Shown one piece after another: positions 47,396 through 59,574 of a DNA stretch of 64,000 nucleotides. Each line of letters starts with the position of its first letter. The first letter of the stretch is position 1. The notes under the pieces were generated by a model. It was given only the letters and a program-made list of their open reading frames with translations, did no database searches and was not told where the DNA came from. This DNA is from Candidatus Sulfurovum kebritense (GTDB taxonomy: Bacteria > Campylobacterota > Campylobacteria > Campylobacterales > Sulfurovaceae), in NCBI GenBank assembly GCA_047689535.1, contig JBEWPZ010000001.1, forward strand, positions 54,599 through 118,598. The letters run 5' to 3'. The position numbers and the translations under genes were made by a program.

Positions 47396-47471
47396 TGGTG
47401 ACCCATCATGGATTCGAACCATGGGCCCACTCCTTAAAAGGGAGTTGCTCTACCAACTGAGCTAATAGGTC
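47396..47471 (-). tRNA. tRNA-Lys(TTT), copy 2
   Basis: Same as 46919-46994 except for a compensated TA to AT swap in the T-stem. Confidence 0.9.
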
Positions 47472-47508
47472 GTGTTTTTCGTACTTACTCTTCGAATAAG
47501 TGGACGGA

Positions 47509-47537
47509 ATTATAGCTCAGAATATTTTTATTGTCAA
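47509..47537 (-). promoter_or_regulatory. Consensus sigma70 promoter of the tRNA operon
   Basis: Minus strand reads TTGACA - 17 nt - TATAAT. The -10 box ends about 37 nt upstream of the first tRNA (Lys). Confidence 0.8.
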
Positions 47538-47554
47538 GAGTTTTTGAGAAAAAA

Positions 47555-48058
47555 TTAAGAATTTATATTTTTTTCTAAAAGTTCAATGGCAAAAGCGGTG
47601 GCCTGTTCCTGTACCTGATGCCTCCCTCCTTTAAAGAGACAGTGGTGTATGTCATTGTTTCCTTCAGGGGTACGCAATCCTATATAGACGGTTCCTACCG
47701 GCTTGAATTCTGTTCCTCCTGTAGGTCCTGCAATGCCTGATACGGCCAAAGTGTAATCAGATGCAGCCATCTTTTCCATCCCTATAAGCATATACTCCAC
47801 ACACTCTTTGCTTACTGCACCTTTCGTTTCCAGTATCTCTTTTGGTACTCCCAGCCATGCTTCTTTGATCTCGTTGGCATAGGTGACACAGGATCCACGT
47901 AAAATATCAGAAGATCCGGAGACAGCAGTAAATGCAGCAGCGATACGCCCACCTGTACAGCTCTCTGCAAAACTGACGGTTTGTTTTCTCTTACTGAGTG
48001 TTTTGATAAGGTTTTCAACAATTTTTTCTACTTTTTTCATAGATGAAGTATAACACAT
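47555..48058 (-). CDS. CinA C-terminal domain / nicotinamide-nucleotide amidohydrolase (PncC-like)
   Basis: TVSFAESCTGGRIAAAFT and GIAGPTGG motifs. Start may be 48040. Confidence 0.8.
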   Translation of the reverse strand: MCYTSSMKKVEKIVENLIKTLSKRKQTVSFAESCTGGRIAAAFTAVSGSSDILRGSCVTYANEIKEAWLGVPKEILETKGAVSKECVEYMLIGMEKMAASDYTLAVSGIAGPTGGTEFKPVGTVYIGLRTPEGNNDIHHCLFKGGRHQVQEQATAFAIELLEKNINS

Positions 48059-48114
48059 TCTATGAGTGTCTGGAGACCCTTATCCCGACTTACGGTTGCA
48101 ATATGTGTCTGTAG

Positions 48115-48137
48115 GTCGGGGTGCCCCTTACCCCGAC
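48115..48137. repeat. GC-rich palindrome GTCGGGG-N9-CCCCGAC in the cinA/ileS divergent region
   Basis: GTCGGGGTGCCCCTTACCCCGAC. An upstream CCCGAC at 48084-48089 can pair alternatively with the GTCGGG arm. Confidence 0.8.
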
Positions 48138-48237
48138 AAAGTGCCATATTGGCAGCTATCATAAACATTTAATTCAATTTCCGGTACAATCACGAGATAA
48201 TAATCTGAGGCCAGACCTCATTAAGGTGTTATCACAG

Positions 48238-50985
48238 ATGGATTTTAAAGAGACATTACTCCTTCCTAAAACAGACTTCCCAATGCGTGGAAACCTCCCT
48301 AACAATGAACCGAAAAAGTACAGTGCCTGGTTTGATGCAAATATCTATGAGCAGATGAAAGCTAAGCGTGAAGGCGCTGAGATGTTTACCCTGCATGATG
48401 GACCTCCGTATGCAAACGGCGATATCCATATCGGACATGCCCTCAACAAGATACTTAAAGATATCATTCTCAAGTACAACTACTTCCAGGGTAAAGCGGT
48501 GCGCATGACTCCGGGCTGGGACTGTCACGGACTGCCGATCGAGCAGAAAGTTGAAGAGAAACTCGGCAAAGCAAAAAAAGAGGCAATGCCGACAGAGAAG
48601 TTTAGAGAGCTTTGTAGAGCACATGCGGCGAAGTTTGTCGATATCCAGAGAGAGGGGTTTAAGTCTCTCGGGTGTATCGCTGACTGGGATAACCCTTATG
48701 TCACGATGGATTTCAAGTTTGAAGCAAATATCTACAGAACATTATGCGAAGTGGCGAAGAGAGGACTGCTGGTAGAACGTCATAAACCGATATTCTGGTC
48801 CTGGGCAGCGAGAACGGCACTTGCAGATGCAGAGGTAGAGTATGAGGATAAAGAGGACTACTCTATCTATGTACACTTCGAGCTCAGTGATGCCGCCAAA
48901 GAGAAGATCGGTGTTGAGGGAAAAGCAGGTCTTGTGATCTGGACGACGACACCTTGGACACTCCCTTCCAATACAGGTATCGCACTGAATCCTGAAGAGA
49001 TGTATGTGCTGACCGATGATGGACATATCGTAGCTGATGCGAGATATGATGTGATGATCGAAGAGGGTGTAGTAAGCGGACATGCCAGCAGAAAACTGAC
49101 AGCCAAGGAGTTGGACGGGCTTCTCGCGATCAACCCGCTGAACGGACGCAGCTCAAAAGTTGTACTTGGAGAACACGTAACGATGGATGGCGGTACGGGA
49201 TGTGTGCATACCGCTCCGGGACACGGTGAAGATGACTACAAAGTAGGGCTTAAGAACGGTCTTGATGTTGTGATGCCTGTCGATGAGAGAGGATGCTATG
49301 ATGAATCCGTTGTAGGGTTGAACCTGCTTCCAAACCCGCAGGAGTTTGTAGGGATGCATATCTTTAAAGCAAATGAGCCGATCCTGGAGTTGCTTGGTGA
49401 GAACCTGCTCAAGCAGAGCAAGTTTGTACACTCCTATCCGCATTGTTGGAGAACGAAAAAACCTCTGATCTACAGAGCGACCAACCAGTGGTTTATCTCT
49501 GTGGATGATGCAGCAAAAGGTGAGGAGAGGTCTCTGAGAGAGACAGCACTTGATGCGATCGAAGGTGTTGAATTCCATCCTGCCTCAGCGAAGAACAGAC
49601 TTAAGCCGATGATCGAAGGACGACCGGATTGGTGTATCTCTCGTCAGAGAAGCTGGGGTGTACCGATCGCATTCTTGAGAAGCAAGCGTACCAAAGAGGT
49701 GGTTCTGGATGAAGATGTGCTGGCGCATATCGCTTCACTCTTCGATGAGAAAGGTGCGGATGCATGGTATGAGATGAGTATCGCTGAACTCTTACCTGAA
49801 GGCAGCAAGTACAATCCGGATGACCTGGAGAAGATCGATGATATCCTTGATGTATGGTTTGACAGCGGTTCGACATGGAACTCAGTGATCAAGAGCGGTA
49901 ACTATGATGCAGGAGAGTATCCGACATCACTCTATATTGAGGGAAGTGACCAGCATAGAGGGTGGTTCCAGTCTTCACTGCTTCTCTCTTCCGCGATCGA
50001 AGGTAAGTCACCGTACAAGAGATTGATCACTCACGGATTTACCGTAGATGAGAAGGGTGAGAAGATGTCAAAGTCCAAAGGGAATGTCGTTGCCCCTGAC
50101 AAGGTAGTAGGTCAGTTCGGTTCAGAGATCCTCAGGCTCTGGGTAGCGCTTTCTGATTATCAATCAGATCTCAAGATCTCAGATAACATTTTGAAGCAGA
50201 CAGCGGAACAGTATAGAAAGATCCGTAATACCTTTAGATTTTTGCTTGCAAACGTGGATGATCTGGACCATATCGTATCTATTGGTGCCTATGGTGAACT
50301 GGACAGATGGATCCTTGCAAAAGCAGGTGAAGTATTTGCCTCAGTGAAAGCCTCTTTTGAAGCCAATGACTTCTTACGGGGATTTGCAACACTGAACCAC
50401 TTCCTTACCAACGAACTCTCAGGTATCTATATGGATATCTGTAAAGACAGACTCTACTGTGATGCAAAAGAGAGTACGACAAGAAGAGCAGCGCAGTCAG
50501 CGATGGCATTGATAGCCAAATCAATGTTGGGTCTTGTAGCACCGGTATTGACCTACACGGCAGATGAGATCCTGGAGTATGCACCGAAGATCTTCAAAGG
50601 GGATATGGAAAATATCTTTGATCTTGTCTATGAACCGCTGCCGACGATAGAAACACCGTTTGATATGACAGAGATGATGGATATCAGAGAGAGCTTCTAT
50701 GAAGAGGTGGATAAGCTAAGAAAAGAGAAAACGATCAAAGCAACGCTTGAGTTGGAACTGGTAGGTGAGATCGAAGGCTTTAGCAGTGAAAAAGACCTGG
50801 AAGACTGGTTTGTAGTATCGGCAGTGAAGTCCAGCAGTGAAGGTGAGCAACTGGCAAGCTTTGTAGTAGAGGGAAAAACATTCACTATCCATAAAGCTAC
50901 GGCCGCGAAGTGTCCTAGATGTTGGAAGTTCGTATCTCATAGTGAAGAGGAAGCATGTGCCAGATGTAGTGAGGTAGTAGGCTGA
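48238..50985 (+). CDS. ileS: Isoleucine--tRNA ligase
   Basis: Canonical N-terminus MDFKETLLLPKTDFPMRGNL, HIGH (PYANGDIHIGH), KMSKS and a C-terminal CPRC..CARC zinc motif. The 48121 GTG extension is rejected. Confidence 0.93.
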   Translation: MDFKETLLLPKTDFPMRGNLPNNEPKKYSAWFDANIYEQMKAKREGAEMFTLHDGPPYANGDIHIGHALNKILKDIILKYNYFQGKAVRMTPGWDCHGLPIEQKVEEKLGKAKKEAMPTEKFRELCRAHAAKFVDIQREGFKSLGCIADWDNPYVTMDFKFEANIYRTLCEVAKRGLLVERHKPIFWSWAARTALADAEVEYEDKEDYSIYVHFELSDAAKEKIGVEGKAGLVIWTTTPWTLPSNTGIALNPEEMYVLTDDGHIVADARYDVMIEEGVVSGHASRKLTAKELDGLLAINPLNGRSSKVVLGEHVTMDGGTGCVHTAPGHGEDDYKVGLKNGLDVVMPVDERGCYDESVVGLNLLPNPQEFVGMHIFKANEPILELLGENLLKQSKFVHSYPHCWRTKKPLIYRATNQWFISVDDAAKGEERSLRETALDAIEGVEFHPASAKNRLKPMIEGRPDWCISRQRSWGVPIAFLRSKRTKEVVLDEDVLAHIASLFDEKGADAWYEMSIAELLPEGSKYNPDDLEKIDDILDVWFDSGSTWNSVIKSGNYDAGEYPTSLYIEGSDQHRGWFQSSLLLSSAIEGKSPYKRLITHGFTVDEKGEKMSKSKGNVVAPDKVVGQFGSEILRLWVALSDYQSDLKISDNILKQTAEQYRKIRNTFRFLLANVDDLDHIVSIGAYGELDRWILAKAGEVFASVKASFEANDFLRGFATLNHFLTNELSGIYMDICKDRLYCDAKESTTRRAAQSAMALIAKSMLGLVAPVLTYTADEILEYAPKIFKGDMENIFDLVYEPLPTIETPFDMTEMMDIRESFYEEVDKLRKEKTIKATLELELVGEIEGFSSEKDLEDWFVVSAVKSSSEGEQLASFVVEGKTFTIHKATAAKCPRCWKFVSHSEEEACARCSEVVG

Positions 50986-51107
50986 TGTTTGATCTAAGCC
51001 AACCTGTGCCAAGCGAAGTGATCATAGGGTCAATCGTTTTGATCTTTGCTTTGGTAGCGTTAGGTTTGGGTATCGTAGCGTATTATAAGAAGAAACTAGG
51101 AAAATAA
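50985..51107 (+). CDS. Possible 40-aa single-TM micro-protein (not in ORF track)
   Basis: The ATG overlaps the ileS stop (TGATG). Translates to [40 protein letters not shown]. Confidence 0.3.
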   Translation: MFDLSQPVPSEVIIGSIVLIFALVALGLGIVAYYKKKLGK

Positions 51108-51117
51108 GGAAGAAAGT

Positions 51118-53930
<2,813 letters not shown>

Positions 53931-53973
53931 TAGTATACCTCTTGCAATTCCCTTTGAAGCTATCTACTTTACT

Positions 53974-54014
53974 CGCGTTTCCGATCTTCTGATCGGGAAT
54001 ACGCCGCGATTTTT
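53974..54014 (+). terminator. Putative intrinsic terminator after guaB (also a head-hairpin copy of the R2-type motif)
   Basis: CGCG..TTCCGATC-TTCT-GATCGGGAA..CGCG followed by ATTTTT. Confidence 0.5.
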
Positions 54015-54212
54015 GACTTTTCATTTTACTGCCAGGTAAATATCATACCCACACATTCACGCTTTATTGCCATCTTTATCAATGGTGTACAACTTATCAC
54101 TGTATCAAATCGAAGTATCTAGTACGCCTTGGGAGAGACATAACGAGAATGCAAGTAACTACAAGCATTCAAAAGCTATAATTGACCTAATATTACCAGA
54201 TAAGGAACTCTA

Positions 54213-55475
54213 ATGGAGCAACAGACACTTGCAATTCATGCGGGATATGAGAAAGATGCACAGAGCACAATGGCAGTACCTATCTATCAAAGTACAGCGT
54301 ATGAGTTTAGAGATACGGAGCATGCGGCAAACCTTTTTGAGCTGAAAGAACTTGGCAATATATACTCGCGATTGATGAACCCGACGACTGATGTATTTGA
54401 GAAGCGTTTTGCAGCACTTGAAGGCGGTGCAGCCGCAGTCGGTACGGCATCAGGAATGGCAGCGATCTTCTATGCGATCGCCAATGTTGCCGAAGCAGGG
54501 GACAATGTGATTGTTGCAAAGCAGGTTTATGGCGGTACAACGACACTTACGGGACATACGATTAAAAGGTTTGGGATAGAGACACGTTATTTTAATGTGA
54601 AAAATCCACATGAACTTGAAGCACTTATCGATGAAAAAACCAAATTGATCATGTTTGAGAGTATCTCTAATCCGAGTGTAGATGTTGCGGACTTTGATGC
54701 AATTACGGAGATTGCCAACCAGCACAACATTCTTACATGTGTAGACAATACGGTTGCAACACCGATCCTTTGTAGGCCATTGAGCCTTGGATGTGATATT
54801 GTTGTACATTCTGCCAGTAAGTATGCGACTGGACAGGGGCTTGCGATCGGCGGGATTATCGTAGAGAGAGAAAACCTGGTAGAAAAGATTAAAGATAATC
54901 CACGTTATTACCACTTTAACGAACCAGATGAGAGTTACCATGGATTGGTCTACTCTGATCTTCCCCTACCGCTCTTTACGCTGAGAGTAAGATTGGCACT
55001 GTTGCGAGATTTGGGAGCAGCCCCAAGTCCGTTCAACTCTTGGCTTTTCATTCAGGGGCTTGAAACCTTTACATTGCGTATGCGACAACATTCTGATTCG
55101 GCATTGACTATCGCAAAACACCTTGAAGCACATCCGAAAGTCAAGAAGGTGAACTACCCGGGATTGGAGTCAGATGCCAACTATGTATTGGGACAAAACT
55201 ACTTCAAAGGGGGACACAGTGGATTGCTCTCTTTCGAAGTAGAGGACAAAGCGTTGGCTCAGAAGATTGCAGACTCTACTAAGATTTTTTCACTCGTAGT
55301 CAATATCGGTGACAGCAAATCTATTATCACCCACCCTGCAAGTACAACACATCAGCAGCTCTCAGCACAAGAGCTTGTCGATGCGGGTGTTCCCGGCGGG
55401 CTGATAAGACTTTCCGTAGGGCTTGAAGATACACAAGATTTGATCGATGATCTGGAGCAGGCACTGAATCAATGA
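54213..55475 (+). CDS. metY: O-acetylhomoserine sulfhydrylase (aminocarboxypropyltransferase)
   Basis: Cys/Met-metabolism PLP enzyme. YSRLMNPT, HSASKYATG (PLP Lys), LIRLSVGLED. Confidence 0.88.
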   Translation: MEQQTLAIHAGYEKDAQSTMAVPIYQSTAYEFRDTEHAANLFELKELGNIYSRLMNPTTDVFEKRFAALEGGAAAVGTASGMAAIFYAIANVAEAGDNVIVAKQVYGGTTTLTGHTIKRFGIETRYFNVKNPHELEALIDEKTKLIMFESISNPSVDVADFDAITEIANQHNILTCVDNTVATPILCRPLSLGCDIVVHSASKYATGQGLAIGGIIVERENLVEKIKDNPRYYHFNEPDESYHGLVYSDLPLPLFTLRVRLALLRDLGAAPSPFNSWLFIQGLETFTLRMRQHSDSALTIAKHLEAHPKVKKVNYPGLESDANYVLGQNYFKGGHSGLLSFEVEDKALAQKIADSTKIFSLVVNIGDSKSIITHPASTTHQQLSAQELVDAGVPGGLIRLSVGLEDTQDLIDDLEQALNQ

Positions 55476-55591
55476 TCTCAATATAGGGTGTAGATAGCTA
55501 CACCTGCTACATAGGAAGAAAAACCTCCTGCTCGATTTAAACCCAAATTAGATAAAATAGCGCAATTAACAAATACCGGTAAAAGCAGTTT

Positions 55592-56689
55592 ATGAAAATC
55601 GAAACAAAAATCGCACATTTTAGCAGCCCGCTGTATCTTGAGAGTGGACGTATTCTGGAGCCTTATGAGATCGCTTATGAGACATATGGGGAACTTAATG
55701 AAGATAAATCCAATGTTGTTTTGGTTTGTCATGCGCTCAGCGGCTCACATCATGCAGCAGGACTCTATGAAGGTGATAGAAAACCGGGTTGGTGGGATGG
55801 TCTGATCGGTGATGGGAAAGCGATCGATACGACGAAGTATTTTGTGATCTGTAGTAATACCATCGGATCATGTTTTGGAAGTACGGGACCGATGAGTGAT
55901 AACTATCCAAGTGAAGAACCTTACCGACTTAAATTTCCTGTCGTTACGATCAAAGATATGGTGCGAGCACAGATGCATCTGCTTTCTAACCATCTTGGTA
56001 TCTACCACGTACGTGCGATTGTAGGTGGTTCCATGGGGGGAATGCAGGCACTTCAGTTTGCGGTAGATTATCCGAATTTTGCTGATGAGATCATCTCTCT
56101 TGCAGCAACGTATGCGACACGTCCATGGACGATGGCTTTTAATAAAGTAGCAATGGAAGCGATCCGTAAAGACCCCAGGTTTAAGCATGGGAACTACGAA
56201 CGAGATGCATTTAAAGAGGAGGGGCTTGACGGGCTTGCGATCGGTCGTATCGCAGGGCATATCTCTTATCTCTCTCCCGAGTCAATGGATAAGAAGTTTG
56301 GAAGAAACTATGTCAACAATGACGGGCTTTTTGAACTTTTTGGCCGTTATGAAGTAGAGCGTTATATGGAGTACAATACGGCTAATTTTGCACGGCTGTT
56401 TGATCCGCTAAGTTATCTCTATATCGTCAAAGCGATCAATACGTTCAATCTCAGCCGTGGTTATGACTCTCTGCATGATGCGATCTCCCGTATCAAGGCA
56501 AGAGTGCACTTGATCGGCTTTGAAACAGACTATCTCTTCTTCCCTTCAGAGATGGAACATATCGCGAAGATGCTGGAGAGAAACGGTCAACCCTACAGTT
56601 ATAAAGAGGTGGAGAGTAACTATGGGCATGATGCTTTCTTGGTAGAGTTAGAGAAATTTGAAGAGGATATAAGGAGAGTCTTATCATGA
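55592..56689 (+). CDS. metX: Homoserine O-acetyltransferase
   Basis: Alpha/beta hydrolase MetX motifs VCHALSGSHH, GGSMGGMQALQ (nucleophile elbow) and GHDAFL. Confidence 0.9.
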   Translation: MKIETKIAHFSSPLYLESGRILEPYEIAYETYGELNEDKSNVVLVCHALSGSHHAAGLYEGDRKPGWWDGLIGDGKAIDTTKYFVICSNTIGSCFGSTGPMSDNYPSEEPYRLKFPVVTIKDMVRAQMHLLSNHLGIYHVRAIVGGSMGGMQALQFAVDYPNFADEIISLAATYATRPWTMAFNKVAMEAIRKDPRFKHGNYERDAFKEEGLDGLAIGRIAGHISYLSPESMDKKFGRNYVNNDGLFELFGRYEVERYMEYNTANFARLFDPLSYLYIVKAINTFNLSRGYDSLHDAISRIKARVHLIGFETDYLFFPSEMEHIAKMLERNGQPYSYKEVESNYGHDAFLVELEKFEEDIRRVLS

Positions 56690-56892
56690 AAAATGAAAGT
56701 TTTGAAGAGAAGTTGGAACACTCCAAAGCACTGCTTGAGAAGTTGATGAAGCCGGATATCACACTGGAAGAGTCTGTCAAACTCTATGAAGAGGGATTGA
56801 CTACGATCAAAGAGGCGCAGAAGCTTATCGAAGAGGCGAAGGTCAAAGTCTCGGTGATAGAGCAGTCCAATCAAGATGTGAGTGATGCGTAA
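56686..56892 (+). CDS. xseB: Exodeoxyribonuclease VII small subunit
   Basis: 68 aa. FEEKLEHSKALLEKL...LEESVKLYEEG helical hairpin pattern. ATGA overlap with metX. Confidence 0.8.
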   Translation: MKNESFEEKLEHSKALLEKLMKPDITLEESVKLYEEGLTTIKEAQKLIEEAKVKVSVIEQSNQDVSDA

Positions 56893-57691
56893 ACAACTTG
56901 TGGTAGCCGCACTTCAACTGCCTACACTGGGTATGAATGCAACGAGGCTGGAGTTCTACCTCAAACAGGCATATCAGCGGAAAGCCGATGTGATACTGCT
57001 TGGAGAGTATGTGCTCAACCACTTTTTTAAAGAGTTCGAGACGATGTCCAAAGCAATGCTCAAAGAGCAGACGCGCAAACACATTGAACTTTTGAAAAAA
57101 TTTGCAAAAAAATATAATATTGTGTTTATCGCACCGATCATTTTAACCAAAAAAGACGGGTTTCATAAAACCATAGCCAAAGTGACTCCTAAAAGTATCA
57201 GTTACTATGAACAACAGTTATTGCTCCCTTATGCACACTGGAATGAAAAGAAGTTTTTTTCCAACGATACAACGCTACCGCTTCAGTCCCCTATGAGTTT
57301 TTCGCTCAAAGGGTTCAAGGTGATGGTCATGGGCGGATTTGAGCTTCATTTTGATTATTTTTGGCAAAAGGTCACAGAGAAGAAAGCCGATCTTGTACTC
57401 CTGCCGACTGCTTCTACTTTCGGTTCTCACAACAGATGGCGGGAGATCATAAAAACCAAAGCGTTTTTACACAGTTGCTTCATCTTGCGGGCTAACCGCC
57501 TGGGTGAATACCAGGATGATGATGTAAAGTGGAGGTTTTACGGTGATACGATGCTTGTCAACCCGGAAGGTGAGGTAGAGATGATGCTTGAAGATAAAGA
57601 ATCTATGCTGGTAGAGGTCATAGAAAAGTCAGAGGTAAGCGAGCATCGTAAAGCATGGGCATTTGAAAGAGAATTGAAAGGACGGATATAA
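56885..57691 (+). CDS. Carbon-nitrogen hydrolase (nitrilase superfamily)-like protein, apparently lacking the catalytic Cys
   Basis: VVAALQL, ADVILLGEY and LRANRLGE framework motifs. The expected nucleophile position reads VMVMGGFELHF. Confidence 0.65.
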   Translation: MRKQLVVAALQLPTLGMNATRLEFYLKQAYQRKADVILLGEYVLNHFFKEFETMSKAMLKEQTRKHIELLKKFAKKYNIVFIAPIILTKKDGFHKTIAKVTPKSISYYEQQLLLPYAHWNEKKFFSNDTTLPLQSPMSFSLKGFKVMVMGGFELHFDYFWQKVTEKKADLVLLPTASTFGSHNRWREIIKTKAFLHSCFILRANRLGEYQDDDVKWRFYGDTMLVNPEGEVEMMLEDKESMLVEVIEKSEVSEHRKAWAFERELKGRI

Positions 57692-58377
57692 TGCAAGAGA
57701 TGGTGACGCAAGAAGAGTATTTCAATCGTCAGATTCAACTCTGGGGTTCTAACGTACAACAGAGTCTTCAGAAAAAAAAGATCGCGATTATCGGTTCGGG
57801 AGGGCTCGGCTGCAGTCTGGCAATGGCACTTGGAACTTCGGGAATCGGTGAGATCCACATGGTAGACTTTGATACGGTCTCTGACCACAATATCCATAGA
57901 CAGATCGCTTTTACACTCGATGATGAAGGGAAGAACAAGGCCAAAGCAGTAGCCCAGCTTATAGAGAAGAAAAATCCTTTTATCAAAGCAGTAGCCTTTG
58001 AAATGTCTTTTGAAGAATTTACCGATATGGGAAATGCCTATGACCTTATCCTCGATGCGACGGATAATCTTCCTACAAGGGGGCAGATTGATACATTTGC
58101 CAAAACGCATCAAACGCCCTGGATCTATGCCAGTGTGGAGGAGTTTAACGGTCAGGTCTGTTTCTTTGAAGAATCAAGTTTTCAGGTTTTTAACCTTTCT
58201 GATCATAAGCCTGGAGGGATCGCTGCACCGATCGTGATGCATATCGCTTCACTTCAGGCAAACCTGGCACTTAGGTATCTGGCAGGGTTACCTGTCGTGA
58301 AAGATAAGCTCTATTATCTCTACTTCAACGGGGAAGGGGAGTTGATCACCCAGAAGTTTGGAATGCCAACAGCCTAA
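57691..58377 (+). CDS. ThiF/MoeB/HesA-family E1-like adenylyltransferase
   Basis: KIAIIGSGGLGCSLAMALGTSGIGEIHMVDFDTVSDHNIHRQ nucleotide-binding motif. TAATG overlap with the upstream gene. Confidence 0.8.
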   Translation: MQEMVTQEEYFNRQIQLWGSNVQQSLQKKKIAIIGSGGLGCSLAMALGTSGIGEIHMVDFDTVSDHNIHRQIAFTLDDEGKNKAKAVAQLIEKKNPFIKAVAFEMSFEEFTDMGNAYDLILDATDNLPTRGQIDTFAKTHQTPWIYASVEEFNGQVCFFEESSFQVFNLSDHKPGGIAAPIVMHIASLQANLALRYLAGLPVVKDKLYYLYFNGEGELITQKFGMPTA

Positions 58378-58412
58378 AGATGTTAAAATAATCAAAAAAG
58401 GAGTATAGGATA

Positions 58413-58754
58413 ATGAAATTAAAATTAATCATTTTTACCATACTCTCACTCTTGTTTGTGAGTTGTACGCAGGAGACGCAAAACTCATTGAGCCGTTCAC
58501 TTCAGAACTGGACAGGGACGAATGGTGTATTTGATGTCTATGCAGGTGAAAAGCTGGTGCATCGATTTATCAAAATTGACAAACTCTCGACAGCGTATGG
58601 AACACGTGACAGCCAAATGAGACCTTACCGTTACGGATACGGTATTGATGATCTCAATTTTAACCACAAAAAAGATCCGGGAGAAAAAAAGGTATATTTT
58701 GAGTTTTCTGACTACTCAACCTCTTATATCTTTTATGAAAGAAATACAAAATAA
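58413..58754 (+). CDS. Hypothetical lipoprotein
   Basis: Signal peptide with the lipobox LLFVSC. 113 aa. Confidence 0.55.
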   Translation: MKLKLIIFTILSLLFVSCTQETQNSLSRSLQNWTGTNGVFDVYAGEKLVHRFIKIDKLSTAYGTRDSQMRPYRYGYGIDDLNFNHKKDPGEKKVYFEFSDYSTSYIFYERNTK

Positions 58755-58774
58755 AAACAGAAAGGATAGACAGA

Positions 58775-59164
58775 ATGAAAGAAATTGCAACAAAAGAAGC
58801 ACCGCAGGCAATAGGACCGTATTCCCAGGCTATTGAAACCAATGGTTTTATCTTTACATCGGGACAGATCGCATTGACGCCTGAAGGTGAATTGGTAAAC
58901 GGAGATGTCGTCAAACAGGCACATCAGGTGATGAAAAACCTCTACTATGTACTGGAAGCGGCCGGCGCACACTTTAATGATGTTGTAAAAACAACAATCT
59001 ATCTGGCAAATATGAATGACTTTGAAAAAGTGAACGAAGTCTACGCACACTATTTTGGTCTGCACAAACCTGCCAGAAGTACGGTTGCAGTAAAAACATT
59101 GCCTAAGAATGTACTGGTTGAGATAGACTGTATCGCACTTGGTGGGGCGAATTATACATTCTGA
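58775..59164 (+). CDS. ridA: RidA/YjgF-family reactive intermediate deaminase
   Basis: APQAIGPYSQAI, SGQIAL, TTIYL and PARSTV motifs. Confidence 0.88.
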   Translation: MKEIATKEAPQAIGPYSQAIETNGFIFTSGQIALTPEGELVNGDVVKQAHQVMKNLYYVLEAAGAHFNDVVKTTIYLANMNDFEKVNEVYAHYFGLHKPARSTVAVKTLPKNVLVEIDCIALGGANYTF

Positions 59165-59250
59165 TCGGAAAATAAGTTTTGTTTAAAATTAAATTAAAAC
59201 TTGTTTGGGTATAATCACGAACTTTTAAAATTCGTAGTAAAGGGTTTGCA

Positions 59251-59556
59251 ATGTACGCAATCATTAAAGCAAGTGGCCAGCAGTTCAAAGTACAAGAGGG
59301 TGATATCATCTCTTTTGACAATATGAACCTTGAGCCGAAAGCAGCAGTAGAATTCAAAGAAGTTCTTGCAATCGACAATGGTGAACTAACTGTAGGGACT
59401 CCTTTTGTAGAGGGTGCTGTAGTTAAAGGTGAAGTGATCAACGAAGGTAGAGATAAAAAAGTGATCATTTACAAAAAGAGAAGAAGAAAAGACTCTAAGC
59501 TAAAAAGAGGTTTCAGAAGAGACTTCACTAGAGTAAGAATTACTTCAATCGCATAA
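59251..59556 (+). CDS. rplU: 50S ribosomal protein L21
   Basis: [33 protein letters not shown]. Confidence 0.93.
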   Translation: MYAIIKASGQQFKVQEGDIISFDNMNLEPKAAVEFKEVLAIDNGELTVGTPFVEGAVVKGEVINEGRDKKVIIYKKRRRKDSKLKRGFRRDFTRVRITSIA

Positions 59557-59574
59557 TTAAAAGAAGGAGAAGAG

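Noticed and set aside
48121-48237. GTG-initiated 39-codon N-terminal extension of ileS
   Set aside because: The extension runs through the GC palindrome. The canonical IleRS N-terminus (MDFKETLLLPKTDFPMRGNL) begins at the ATG at 48238.
48059-48237. T-box leader for ileS
   Set aside because: No T-box consensus (GGTGGNACCGCG-like) or specifier-loop architecture is visible, and the GC hairpin is not followed by a U-tract.
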